Below are positions 49,635 through 63,328 of a DNA stretch of 64,000 nt, one piece after another. The position numbers and the translations under genes are program-made. This stretch comes from Lepidodermella squamata (taxonomy: Eukaryota > Animalia > Gastrotricha), in the NCBI GenBank assembly GCA_047495785.1, contig JBLDXI010000036.1:868001-932000 (forward strand), given 5' to 3'. Each line of letters starts with the position of its first letter. The stretch's first letter is position 1. Under the pieces are notes generated by a model. It was not told where the DNA came from and did no database searches. It saw only the letters and a program-made list of their open reading frames with translations.

Positions 49635-51462
49635 TCACAGCAATTCAGGAATCGCAAATGCAGCACAGTAAATTTGTAGAACTCGCTGTTTTTCGAAAGA
49701 ACCTGCCGTGTTGAAAGCATCTGAGAAAATGTTCAGGCAAGCCATGCTTCCCATCAACGGCTCAACCGGAGTAGCCCAAGAACTGTAAAAAAAATTATAT
49801 AACCGGAAAATGAACAACATTATTGACTATTCGTGGGAGATTCATACCCAGCCAAGTGAAATGAGTTTGAAGTTGTGAACGGAGAGGGAGGTGTGACTTG
49901 TTCAACTCCACCTATCGTAGAACAAGTGAAGTAAAATTTTCCGCCATAGGAATCATAAGAAATCTTAAGATAAAGCCATGGGTATCCATAGAACGAGGGA
50001 GAATTAACCGATATGTCAGCCGACCCATCACCATACGGCCTCAGCTTGAAGGTCCCAGCCCCGACGGCCGTAAGTTTGAAGCCCGTCTTCGACCCATCGG
50101 AAGCAAATTCCAGGATAGTGCCGATCTGCATCGGCGAAGCAGCGAATAATACAATCGAGAAATCAGCATTCAAGTTTATCTTTCCAGAGGTTACAGCAAT
50201 AGGATCGGTTGAGTTGTAGTAAAAGGCCGTGTTGGGCCGGCCAAACGGCCCAGTAACTTGCTGCAGCGTGGTATTCGAGGTCGTAAAATCAGCTCTAGGC
50301 TCGATGCGGTCATTCAGATCGGAAACCAGCGGCCAACTGGCAATTAACCCTGGCAATCGCGATTTCAACACGTCCATAGTCAAAATCTTTCCGAGCTGAA
50401 TTTGAAGGCACTTTTTGCGAAGTATCCACAATTGGTCGACCGTCAAGGCGTGTCTGTGGAGCGAAAAGCATGCCAGCCTGCCATTGAAAGTGCCGTTTCC
50501 GCTGAGATCGCCAACGAGTCGTATTTTCGTACTAGCCTTCACTTGTTCTCTGTGTAACATGCCCCCTGGTAAATCTACGACGAAGTCATCATGTACGATC
50601 AGGAGATTCTCTGTGTCAGCGTTGTAAGATATAGCGACGAAGGACCAATTCGGATTCACATTCGGATCCACCCTAAAATTGCCAGAGTCGATATCAACTA
50701 CAAAGAAAAAATGGAGTTCACCTTTAAATAATTAATATACTCAAGAGGGTCCATATTGTCAACAAAAATAAAAAGCGTCAGTGATGGTATTGCTAATCAT
50801 TATTAATCACAGAAGTAATTATAGTTAGTCTATGCAAAATAGGGGCTAGGGGCATTATTAGAGGAAGAGAATTAAACGAACGCACCTAGTTTTAGTTGCC
50901 AATTGTACATTGCTCTGTCAATTGCAATGCCAGTAAGATCTACTGTGTCGTAGAACTCAAAAATAGTTTGCGAGCCGCTGGAACCCGATGGAAAGAATAC
51001 ATATTCAGCAATTGTGAATGATGAATTCTCGACATTCAGCAAGCTATTATCCAAGAGTACAGCGCCATTTGTAGAGTTGATAGAGACCGCCGAGCTGCCA
51101 TATGGACCGCTGGCATATGTCAAAGATGAGCCGGAATAAATTCCGTTGATGCCATTTCCACTGATGTCACTCGTACCGAATTCCTGGCTGAGAGGCAGGT
51201 AAACCGTCTCAAATAGCAGCCCGAAAGGAGTCTCTGAGTTGGAAATTCGAATTTATTTCTGAATAAGCCGGGAAATTTAGGCTAACTTACGTTCATAACA
51301 CAGTTCAGCACTGTTGAACGACGATGTGGAAGTCTGAATACGAAAATTAGCTGTGATGAAACATCAGCTTAAATCAATCAGGCTTACCCAGTTTTGAGGG
51401 CAGTCGTCTGCTACTGGAACGCATTTCGCCGCCATATGTAGTGCAAACGTGCAAAGCTTGTG
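49635..51462 (-). pseudogene. LamG-family copy C; 5' exons (signal and most Cys modules) not found
   Basis: Last five exons are open and homologous to copies A and D; upstream of ~51495 the sequence is replaced by repeats. Confidence 0.7.
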
Positions 51463-52078
51463 CTAGAAAATCGAAAACAGAAAAATGCAATAGGCAGTGC
51501 GCCAAGTACAAGGGGGAATGGAGGGTATCGTACCCCCAGTTCGCAAGGTGGAAAATCTCAGAAAAAACCACAGAGGGGACCCTTTGGTCATAGAATGTGG
51601 TCCCAAAAATACCCCATTGTTCGAGGATACCATTCCGCGCACTGTCAATGGGGGTTATTTTCGAAGGTGCCTTCATTATTAAGTCGACTCCATAGAGAAC
51701 ACTGCAACAGATAGGACGCAAACGGTCTTTCCATAGTGAATATATTCGAGCTGTTATTTCAAAAAGCGCGGCGCGCGACCACTTTTTACGCCACAAAACG
51801 CACTATCCGCCTATTGTAATTTTAATTGATTTCAAAAATCGACCGAGCAAATAGTCCCTTTTATAATTTTCTGAGTTTCAGTAGATGTCCACTCTCACTT
51901 TTACATTTGAAATGATCGATTCGGCTGCTATAAGGGCAGTGATTTGGTTTTGGGAGCTTGAAGCTGTAAATCAGATATCTAATTAGATCAAAGCAAGATA
52001 GTTTTGCGGCAAAGAAACATTGATCAACGCTAACCTTTTATTTGCCATTTATTTGTCAAAGTGTTACAGCGCTAGAAA

Positions 52079-52214
52079 CAGTGTGCGAAGTATGATCCGG
52101 GAGCTGTGGTGTTTTCTACTTGTTTTCTAGGACCCAGCCGAAGAAACCAAAGGGTCCCCTCTGTGGTTTTTCAGCCTTTCTCTGGTTGAGGTCTCGGAGC
52201 GGGGTGTCGCGACA
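52079..52214. mobile_element. hAT MITE family A, truncated copy
   Basis: cagtgtgcgaagtatgatccgggagctg...; homologous to the reverse complement of 58155-58319. Confidence 0.75.
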
Positions 52215-52845
52215 TTTGAATGTTGACAATTTTTTGGAGGATTCACGGTGGAAAAAAACCATTACTTTTGCATTGGACTGCTTAGCAAAACGTGATTCAC
52301 GCGCAAGGTTCGCGCTGTACAGTGGTTTATTCATGTTTGAATCACTTGTTTGTTTGTGTCTGTATTTCTAACGAGCAAAACGAATTATAGTGTTTCTCAC
52401 CGAAAAACTTGTCGTTTTCCAATTATTTACTGGCCTTAAAATGCATTCTGTCCAATTTGAAAGAATAATAATTTCACGAAAAATAATCATCCTGTTCCTC
52501 TTCCCGGTTCCATCAACAAAAATGAGAGGAACACCGCTGATTTCACGGAATCGAAGAAAAATCAACAGCTTTGTTTACTTTCCCACCGAAAGTTTGAGCG
52601 TTTTTCATGATTCAGCTGAACTTCTGCGACCCATGGTGTTCCGCTCTTTTCTCATGAGTAGGCAGTCTATCTCGAATTATGACTCATCCGAGCTCATCCG
52701 ACTGACTTGAGGGATCGGCATTCGGCATTCCGAAGCTTAGCGTCATTTGTATGTAATCTCAGTAGGTATTCAGCTTAGTCCTCACTTTGTTCTTTGTTAG
52801 CCATGAGGATGATGAAAAGCTAGAGTAATCACACAAAAACTACTA

Positions 52846-52940
52846 CCGTAAATTCCGAAATACATGCCCAGGCGGTACTCTTTGTCGGCACTTTGATGTT
52901 CTTTGTAGTGCCGCCTGGGCTTGTATTTGAATATTTACGG
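52846..52940. mobile_element. Small Tc1/pogo-type MITE (hairpin)
   Basis: TA|ccgtaaat..aaatacatgcccaggcgg ... ccgcctgggcttgtattt..atttacgg|TA. Confidence 0.7.
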
Positions 52941-53360
52941 TAACTAGTTTTGTTTGAAAATTATTGATCATCGTTGGCTTTCATGGGAGAAATGTTGAAT
53001 ATAAGAAATCATGCCAATTCCGGAAAATTACCTATGAAAAATCAGACGTAGTAGACTTAGCACGTTCGGCTATTGTCATAAAAAGGTTCAATCTTATCCT
53101 CATGAATTCATGCTTGCAGGAAAATAAGGTGAAGTATGAAATTTTCGCGTTTTATTTTTATTTATTTTATTTTAAGGGATGTACAGTATCATTAATTCGA
53201 CGTAAATCGGCGGTAAATATCATATCAGCTCTACCTCGTAATTTACACTATTGAACATTTCCTACTCGCAATTCTCATGAATAAACATATTATATGCATA
53301 ACATTTGAGTCAGATTTCGTATTTTTTCCCACAGGAGCTTGATGATGATGATGACCGATC

Positions 53361-56300
53361 TCACAGCAATTCTGGAATCGCGAAAGCAGCACAATAAATT
53401 TCTAGAACTCGCTGGTTTTCGAAGGGAACAAAAGCAGATGAGAAAATATTGAGGCAAGCAATGCTTCCCATCAACGGCTCGACGGGCGTAGCCCAAGATC
53501 TGTGAACAGTGTATACTCGGAAAATTAACATAATTCGCGAAAGTTACATACCCTCCTAAGTGGAATGCTGCGGAAGCGGCAAACGGAGAGGAAATGAGGG
53601 GAGGAAGATCCGTTCCTCGAGATTTTGCTGTACACGTAAGGTACGCTGTTCTTCCATCGGCGTCGTATCCCATGTGAAGATGATGCCACGAGGCTCGGGC
53701 AGATCCGGAGCAACTAAATGATTTTTCAGCCGACCCATCACCATACGGCCTCAGCGTAAACTTTTGATCGATGTCGGCCGTGAGTCTGAGACCAGGCTTC
53801 GACCCATCGGGAGCGAATTCAAGGATGGTGCCTTTCTGCGTGGCTGAAGCAGCGAACAAACTCATTCCGAAGTTGGCATTCAAGTTGATCTTTCCTGCAG
53901 TCGCAGCGATAGGATCGGTCGAGTTGTAGTAAAAGGCCGTGTTAGACCGACCAAAAAACCCAGTCACTTGTTGAAGAGCGGTATTCGGGGTGGTGAAATC
54001 AGCTCTAGGATCGATTCGGTCGTTCAAATCGGAAACTAAAGGCCAACTGGCAATTAGGCCTGGCAGTCGCGATTTCAACACGTCCATAGTCAGAATCTCT
54101 CCGAGCTGAATTTGAAGGCACTTTTTGCGAAGTATCCATAACTGGTCGAGGGTCATCGCGTGCTTGTGAAGCGAAAAGCATGCCAGTCTGCCATTGAAAG
54201 CACCAGTTGCGACCAATTTACCACCGAGTCTAATTTTCGAGCTAACTCCCGGTCTCGGATTCGTGAAACTCTCATGCTTTTCGAAGTTATCATGTACGAT
54301 CAGCATCGACGTCGTTTCAGAGTTGTAAGTTGCAGCGACGAATGACCAATTTGGATCCACATCAGGCACAATAGAACCCTCATAATTAATGTCGAAATTC
54401 TTACCTATGAAAGATGAAAAATTTCGTCTATAAGGTTAAAGATTACCATGATCCTCAGTCCTCAGAGTGAGAAAAACCTGGGACGGTGCTCATCGTTAGG
54501 AATTTAGATACAAATTTCACATACGAACCTAACCTACAAACTTGGATTATTCGATTCCTAGATCCTATATACATAGTAGAGCTTGGTGTAGTTTATTGGA
54601 ATTTATTTGAACCACCAAGCCAACAACAATTTTGAAAATTATGATTTACTCTTTGGGATGCAAACAAACTTGATACCGTGAGCCAAAATCTCTCCTCGTT
54701 TTTAACGAACACTTGCTTTAGAGAGGGACGATAGTTTCAAATTGTTGTTATTTCTCCCATTTTTCTTGTATTTGATAAGCCCCAGCTTCGAATTGGGACT
54801 ACTCCAAAACAAATGACACCAAAATAAAAGCTACCATAACAGCCAAACTTTTCGATTGTTGCGCAACGAGAACAATCGGGTTTTTTTGGCTGTTTTGGTC
54901 TCTTTCGTTTTGTCTTGGCTGTTTTGGAGTAGTCCCCTTCGAATTTTCGCGATTTATTGCGATTCATCGGTGTCACTGATTTAATTTGATTGATTTAGCC
55001 CATGGTCCCGTACAAGTGGGACGATGGTTGATTTTGATTGATTGAAGGGGGTCAGTGATTTCGGACTGCAAATAAAATAAAATCAAATTCAAAGCTCTGC
55101 TCAGGTGGCCGATTGGGCTGCCCTACATCATTGATTTACCACAATATCTTCGAGTGATAGGTCGAAACTTAGTTAGGATAAACGGGCCAGAATTTAACCG
55201 GATAAAAGTGACTATTGTCAGATCGCGGAACAAGGAAACAAATAGCTGATGCTGAACTTACTCCACTTTATTTCAAGGGAATCTGTTGCTCTGTTAAGGC
55301 TAATTCCAAGAAGATCAACTGTATCGTAGAACTCGAAAATCCGTTGCATGCCGTTGGAACCCAACGGTAGATTTACGTATGCAGCAATCGTGAAAGATGA
55401 ATTATCGACATTGAGCAGGGCGTTTTCCAAAAATACAGACCCAACTGCTGAATTAATTGAGAGAGCTGTGCTGCTGTAGGGACCGCTGCCGAATGACATA
55501 GATGCGCCTGAGTAATTGCCATTGATGCCATTTCCACTGATGTCACTCGTACCGAATTCCTGGCTGAGAGGCAGGTAAACTATCTCCAATGGTAGCCCGA
55601 AAGGAGTCTCTGTATCGAGAATTCAAATTGTTTTCTAAAAAGTCGGGAAAAATGAAGCTAGCTTACGCTTATCACACAGCTCTGCACTTTTGAACATCGA
55701 TGTTGAAGTCTGAACATGAAAATAGCTGTGATGAAACAATATATGCCTTTATTTTTATAGCTCACCCAGTTTTGAGGACAGTCGTTTGCTACTGGAACGC
55801 ATTTCGCCGCCATAAGAATGGGAAATGTGCAAAGCTTGTGCTAGGAAACAAACAGAAAAATGCAATATCGAATAGGTAATGATCGGAAATATGAAAGCAA
55901 TGACAATTGGCCCAAGACTATGTTATTGAACAAATACCGTATATTCCGTGGCCTCCCCTTTGCAAGCGTCGTGATTTTCTTTGAACGACGTCGAGTTGCC
56001 GTAGACTTTAACCTAGAATCGTGACATAGGTTTGGATCTTCCGGAGCAGGTCAAAATGACTGGCTTACTTGTGTACCATTCGGAAAAACTCCATAGCACT
56101 GCTTCCCATTGGCTGTGACACATTGGACGGCTCTCTGTTCGATATAGGAAATTGGATATATTTAACCTTGAACATGTTTATTTTCTACTACAATTGTAAT
56201 GATTATTATCAACTAATTTTTGAATAATTTTTGAGGTGAAAACGATTTGATCTAAAAAGTATTATACTCATTACCCCTCTCAAGCAGTTTTCTCTGTTGC

Positions 56301-57574
56301 TGAACGTCGCAGTCGAGAATTCTCGACTTTCAACCCCAGCCTGGCAGCCAGTTGCCTCAAGGCGGCAATCGATGAAGCTCCCGTTAGACGAGCTAAAGCA
56401 CCTAACATGAGGCTTCTCGCTGTCTGGAACTCGAACTGTTACGCAGGTCACAAAAAATATTGTTAAACTATAAATTATGAATAACACACGTGTAGTTCCA
56501 GAGATGCAGAGGCCAAGATTGGCATAATTACTGCCACCTGCGAGCTACAACAAACAGACAAAAATAGTGTACTTGAATTATGTTCGCAGTATTTTTTCTA
56601 ACCCAGTTCTCGGGACAGGTGTCGTTGGCTGGGACACACGTTTTCACAACTCCGCTGTCCGTGCATCGTTTGAAAGCTTGATTCTGAAATTCATCCCTTC
56701 GCACATACATGACTGAAAAATTGGCCTAAAAAATTACCGCGAACTTAGATCTCGCGCTGTTACAAGCAGCTAAGCTGTCTTTCAACGTGTTGTTTCGGTA
56801 CCAATCAAGCTGGTCAAATGAATAAAAAAGATAAATTAGGATCCAACCGGACGTAGAGCTGTAAAATTACTTCGATTTCTCTGTCAGCAGCTGGTTCGCC
56901 AGTTAATTTGCAGTTGCCAAGGCCGGGATTGCAACGTGGTGTTAGGGCGCCGTATTTGTAGCACATTTTAGCATTCTGGTATCGATGAACAATTCCAGCA
57001 ACAAAAGAGCAGCAATTTGAATATCTTACCCCTAATCGGCAAGTTTTTAGATCTGGGAGCAAGGGTCCCCACTAAGGAAAATAAAATTAAAATTAAACAA
57101 TAGTTTTGCAAGAAATTAAATGAGATTTTCAACCAGAAAATAAAATTGAAGACAATTTAATATTAAAAATTTAAATTTAAATTTAATATCATCCAATTTA
57201 TTTTATTATTTTTTCTAATTCAAGTAAAACACTTTTCTGAATCCTGAGCCTGAATCTTCTGAAAATATCTAAAATTAACCAAACAAAATTTGAGACAAAT
57301 TTATCAACATAATTCAAAATTGAAGCTATTCCAAAAAAGGAGTGTATCAAAATTATTCCTAATTTGCAAAATTTCGATGAGGAATTTCAATTTTTAATAA
57401 TTTTCCATCTAATAATACCTGATACTCGGTGATAAGATCACAGGTAGGATTGTCGTCACGGCACGAAGTAAAGGCGTTGTTGGTCACCTGAAAGCATCGC
57501 TTGAAGATTTGGCCTGATGCCAGGCCGGTAAATATGAGCAAATTTACGAGAATTAGTGATATAAAGCTTTTCAT
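53361..57574 (-). CDS. Secreted Cys-rich-module + 2x LamG/ConA-like protein, copy D (full length)
   Basis: Signal MKSFISLILVNLLIFTGLASG; same exon series as copy A. Confidence 0.85.
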
Positions 57575-58154
57575 CGTGCTGTTTTATTTAAAAAAAATGA
57601 AAACGATTAATGACAGGCTATGGTTTACAATTCAGTGAAACCACGCGTTTTGGGCCAGGCCCGTGGCTCGTGCGCCGTATATCGTTTTCAAAACAACACC
57701 ACATGCTGTGAACTTTTCTAAAATTTAAAATGACCTTGAAAATCTTGGCGGTATTGCACAAGCCGGCGAAATGGCGTTTCGTTGTGGCTTTTTATTCCTC
57801 AAATAAACAGTTTTTAGCGTCACTTTTTGAAAAAAGTAAATCATTTAGAAGTAAGGAAGCGATTTGTACTGTAAACATGATGATAAGAGCAAGGCAATTC
57901 TTGCAGCAGAAGCATTGATTTCTGGATCATTTCCGAAGCTCGGCCAACCCTAATCCTACCCTTAATCTCGCTGTACATCCTTATGATTCAAACTACAAAT
58001 CAAGTTGTAGTTTTCTGACTATGCGATTCTTAACAATAACTTGAAACTACCAATCCCAAAGAAATTACGATAAATTGGATTTAATCCTGATTTGGAATCA
58101 TCCATCTCCATCTCGTACCTTATATGTCAAATTTTCATTCCAGCATTTTCCGAC

Positions 58155-58319
58155 CAGGGAGCGAAGTACAGGGATGCTGGGGTGTCGCGACACGCCAGCT
58201 CCGGGACTCCAACCAGTTGAAGGGTGAAAAAACCACAGGGGGACCCTTTGGTTCCTTCGGCTGTGTCCTAGAAAACAAGTAGAAAACAGCTCAGCTCCCT
58301 GATTCTACTTCGCACATTG
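58155..58319. mobile_element. hAT MITE family A, complete copy
   Basis: cagggagcgaagta...tacttcgcacattg; perfect 8-bp TSD tttccgac. Confidence 0.9.
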
Positions 58320-58349
58320 TTTCCGACCATAATACAAAAGGATCGACAT

Positions 58350-59652
58350 TCAGGTCAAAAAGCTGTAAACTGCCACTGTGGCGTCAATAAATCGGATCAG
58401 TTTGAAGCCTTTCCATCCATTAATCTCGCAGAAACGCTTGCTGCTAATGTGAGATTCGCTTAGGGTGAGCATGATAATCGAGTAGATTGTAAGCAGGGCA
58501 CATATCACGGTAAAACTGACTGGGATGTTGATGAGATAAACCTCATCAGCGGTTCGAGGTTCAGTGAAAAAACCAGTCCCTAGAAGAACTGCAGCTGCTA
58601 AATTGACGGTAACGCAGAAATTCGGCCGATCAGGGTGGCGAGGGTCCATGATCAAAGCTGCGATCTGAAGGACAAATAGAGTCAATGATGGCACGAACAC
58701 ATTCCCAACATAGTACTGGTATTTTCTTTTCAGAACCAGGTTTATCGTGACATGCAGAAAGGAGTTTGGTTTCGAAAGCGAGTCGTTGTAGTTTATGTAC
58801 GCCCATATTTCGTTGTTGCGCAGTGGAGAGTAGACTTGAGAAAATAGAATACTATCGATTTCAATGTCTAATTCATTCGCTCGGTTTTCAGTTTCGATTT
58901 CAAATGTACAGGTCGATGTATCAAATGGGAATTTCGTATACTTGAAAAAGTGACAGCTACTTTTGAACGGCCTGATTGTGTAGATGAGAAATCTTGGCTC
59001 CGAACCAACAAATGGTCGGGCTTTCATCAGTTTTTCACTGCGAAAAAATAAATGATTGATGAACAAATTTCTAAAAATTTAGCTTTACTCTCTGAAAGGC
59101 CGCGACTCATCGATAGCGTTACAATATTGAATATAGGGCCACCATATTTTATCGGCTGGGATTTCGAACTGAACTCTTTTCTGGTAATATTCGCTGACGT
59201 TTTCATAACCTGGCAATAGCTCGCTTCTGATGTCGCGACCGCATGGAATGTCCCAAAAAATGCGGAGAGCCATTGCCACAGTCACGCTGCGAGAGGATAA
59301 TTATATTAAATTGTTTTCTGTGCTCCCAGAATAAAAAAAATCCCATGAAATTGAACAGGACCAGTAAAAATTGAATTTTCCTCGAGATGAAAATACTGTT
59401 ATGAATAATAACCTCACCTCATGCCGAGATCGCCGACGTCCTTTGATTGCGTTGAAGCGTTGATTGGATGCCCTTGATCGGCTGCGAAAAATTCCCCGTC
59501 AACTGGTGATATGCAGCGGGTGAATTTCTCGCTAACCTAATCGGACAAAGCTCGAAGAAGCGCTTGCTCATCTCATTCGGGTCGTAGTCCTTGCAATCGA
59601 CGAACTGCACTACAATCAGTGTTACAGCCGCAACAATGTTGATGCTAAACAT
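58350..59652 (-). pseudogene. Third divergent Cys-loop channel gene; exons 59652-59418, 59286-59089, 59037-58350; frameshift in exon 1 and short TM4
   Basis: Signal peptide; KDVGDLGMS|VTVAMALRIFW in a shifted frame; IWWPYI; CHFFKYTKFPFDTSTC; LKRKYQYY; TM1-3. Exon 1 is 235 nt but phase 2 is required. Confidence 0.75.
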
Positions 59653-61104
59653 TTCGTAACTGGAATTCAAAATCTGCTCAATCCAGCTTTCCTGTTGACT
59701 ACGGTAGATCAATAGATATGAGCTACAGCTTAGTACTATACACTGGGGATTTTTTCAATTAAGGATTCTTTTCAGCAAACAATAGCATCTGCGGTAATTA
59801 AAAACCGTCGCTTCTACTGTTGAAATGAGAAAATTAGGTAAATACACCAAGCTTGTGGGTACATATATTGTTGGCTAATATTGTAGCTGATTTTTACGTG
59901 AGGGGGCTTACTTTGACTTCTAGGATGATTTAATCAGGGTAGGTACACAAGCCAGATTACGAGTCATCCGCGTCAGTACTCAGGATGCCGCATGAATTTT
60001 CAAAACATCGAGGATCAAGGCATTTGGAATTGTGTTCTTTCATCATAAAATTCAGAACGGGATACATGCTTTTGCTGTCAATTTTGTTCGCTGTTCGCAA
60101 GAGAGGTGGCTTTCTTGTCACGATCTCTGTTTCTGATGAATACCACACATACGATAAAAACCTTGAGAGAGAATTCACTCATTTCCCCCCGAATCTGCAT
60201 CAACTTCACTGCCAGCAGCCGAATGGCTTGTGAAACAAGGCCAGCCTATGCCATTTCAAGTTGATTTTCGCTTCTCCGATTTATGGTAATTGATGATCCG
60301 TCACAAAGGTTTTTCATCAAAATAATTAATCTCTTTACTACTTCTTCAATTCTAAAGTCTGTCAATAATGGCTCAAATAACCGTTTATTGGAAGGCCACA
60401 TGTCCAATCTTCATTTTTATTCACTCATCGCCCTATCCGCGTATGAATATGAACTTGTCATTCGCGTGATAACACTCCGAGCGAGCTAAAAATAGCTACA
60501 AAAAACCTAATACCTATTTTTAGAAAAGTAACATCACGCAAAACAACAATATTACTTTCATGACAATTTCGCGAAATTCAAAAAAAATTCTGATTAGCTC
60601 AACCCTTATATCGTTGGATAGAGCAAAAATCAAATAAGATCGTAGTATTTTTCTCGGATTGTTTCGCCGTAAAATAAACATTTCTACCGTCCTGAATGAC
60701 TCTTAAACTGGCGATTTTTTGTAAAAGTGACCAACTTCAAGAGAATTTTAAAAAAGTTAGAAAAAAAACCGTCTCATGAGACGGGACTCATTCGATAGAG
60801 GAGCGCTTCTAGCATTCCGAAAAATGTGCCTGACATTTGTGGGAAATCAAACATTTTCTCTGGGAATTTTAGAAAATAAATAAAAATCGGAAATAATTTC
60901 AATGGGCGGATAGGCCGATGAGTGAATAAAAATGAAGATCGCGTGCCGACTTTTTCACGTTTAGGCGTGAATTTATTTACTATAAGAGGATCGCTAGTTT
61001 CCGATCTGTATGGAGTTGTCTATGCGGCAGGGCTAATACACAATAGACTTTGGCCAACCTTTGAACTCGGATCGCAATTTCGCCGAAATTCTCACCCATC
61101 TACT

Positions 61105-62556
61105 GAAGTAACATGAAACCATCGAACTAATAATTTCTTTCCGCGAACCATTTTTACTTAAACCATCGGAACCTTCGAAATATAATTTTTATTCTATATT
61201 CATCGGAAATTCTTATTTAATATTTAAATATTATTCCGATGGTTTAAGACATCGTTAAATCACCAATTATGAAACGAGTCGCGTAATAATATTAAATTAT
61301 TTTATGTATTATAGTATAAATTGAAAATCAAGCACGGCCACGGCTAGCTCTATCAGGCTCGTATGCTAACTCGTATGCTAGCAGTTGGCTCTTCTTATGT
61401 AAGATAACAGCTCGACCGCGTCGACGGCTTAGGCTTCGAGAAATCGAAATGTTTAGGATAATCTTAGGTTAGATTCTCGATAGGAAATCAAATAATTTGG
61501 TGAATCAAGCTAGTCGTCAACCTAAATCGGTAAGAAGTTCCATTGATACTTTGGGGTTTCCCGGGGTCTATTCAAACTAATCCTGGGTCTTTTATAATGA
61601 AGTAGGAGTTTCCTAGAAGTCTGAAATTTGAAAATTCAAGATCCTCAAGAAAACGTTCATCTTATCTTATTTTTAGTGCATCATATTATATTATTGGAGT
61701 TCGAGAATGGCCATCTTTAAGTCGGTTTCGGCGATTTGCAGAGAAAAATAAGTAAATTCGCCAAAACCAAATTTTCACTTGTCAACGGTCATCTAATAAT
61801 TGACTGAAACCGTCGGAATACCTCGGTACATGGTACTTGGTATTAAGGCGAGCTAAAAACGGGGAGCAAGTCGTTGAATTTAAGCCACAATTTGACTTAT
61901 GAGCGTCGGAAATTACCTAAATCCTTATTTCCAAACCACTATGTAGCGGCCATCCATTTTCACGTGAAAGTGAAAACTTCGCAATACTTCGATGCCAAAT
62001 GGCAGTTCTATGGCCGTAGTAATATAACATATAACCAGACGAGGATGATTCTTGATAGGCCCCTCGCGAATGAAGGCCGCTCTCCTCATCATCAAACTCA
62101 ACTTCTTCAACAGGATCAAACCCAGATGATTGCGCGACCACAAAGAGCGGAGCTATAACTCAATTATTACGCTATTACGCGCAGTTAACTTGGAGGAATT
62201 ATCTCTATGTCATCCTCATCATGAAAATGTCATTCTCATAAGCTTCTGATTCTACTTATTCATCATCAGTAACTCACAATTTCTAGGAAAATCCAATATC
62301 GAAGAGTAAAACCAAAGCATGATTGAATGATGCTAAATCATGGCGAGCTGTTTCAAATAATCAGGTCTCGCGCATTCCGAATTCCGACAGGTTAAGCTCA
62401 TGTTCCGATAAATTAAGCTAATGTTTCGATGTAATAATGCAGTAAAATGACTTTCCGATGGTTTAATTTAGTTTTCACCCTTTCTATATATTTCCGACGT
62501 TTTAAGTAAAAATGGTTCGCGAAAAGAAATTATTAGTTCGATGGAATGATGTAGAC
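61105..62556. mobile_element. Mutator-like non-autonomous element with long imperfect TIRs
   Basis: ccatcgaactaataatttcttt..cgcgaaccatttttacttaaa versus its reverse complement at ~62500-62544; 10-bp direct repeat cccatctact at 61095-61104 and 62557-62566. Confidence 0.75.
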
Positions 62557-62989
62557 CCCATCTACTTAACCGAAGTTTAGCAATTTCAGAGAGACTTTCA
62601 GCGAAATGTTGACCTGTTTTTTACGTTCGACCGTTCGGCCGAAATTTCCTAAATTTCCGCCCGGGCTGACATTGAAATCTAAATTATAGAGGATAATTTA
62701 TATTTTATCTCTTATGAAGATTTTCGCGATCATTCTAGGGATCCCAAGTCAGCCAGCGGAAATTAGAACGTTATTGGAACGCATGTGTTTAATATGGCTG
62801 CTAAGTTCAGGACTTGCCGATCAACTCTCAAAATCACGGAGAATCTTCAAAATGTCCTCGCTTCTCACGTCATTGTGTTGAGTCATTTAACGACGAGGGA
62901 ATGACAAGGGAAGCGACAACAGCTTGTAACAGTAGCAAAAGTGTTTCTACTTTCCCTGGCAAGTCCAATATCCAAGGTCGCACCTTGTC

Positions 62990-63095
62990 GAACGGCCTAA
63001 GAATAAAAGTATGATTGACGCTGGCCATAAGTATGAACCCCGTCATCGACACATCAGGGGCAAAGTACAAGAAAGTGATTCCAGAAAGTTCCAGA
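62990..63095 (-). pseudogene. Degenerate LamG-family fragment
   Basis: GITFLYFAPDVSMTGFILMASVNHTFILRPF resembles GTILEFAPDGSKPGLRITTDINQTFTIRPY. Confidence 0.6.
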
Positions 63096-63328
63096 AAGAC
63101 TCTTGTCTTATTCATATAGTTTCTCATATGAAGCTCTAGAAAAAGAAAATTCAGTTCAGCCTCGGGTCGGCCTGTAGCGTTTTTGATTTATTCTTTATTC
63201 TAAACACCAGCGTTATATATCAGCCTCGTTATTACACTACTTGAACACTTCATATTTCCAATTCCCACAGATAAACACATTAATAATTTAGAATTGTCTT
63301 CACTGGAAATTGATGATGATAGCCGATC

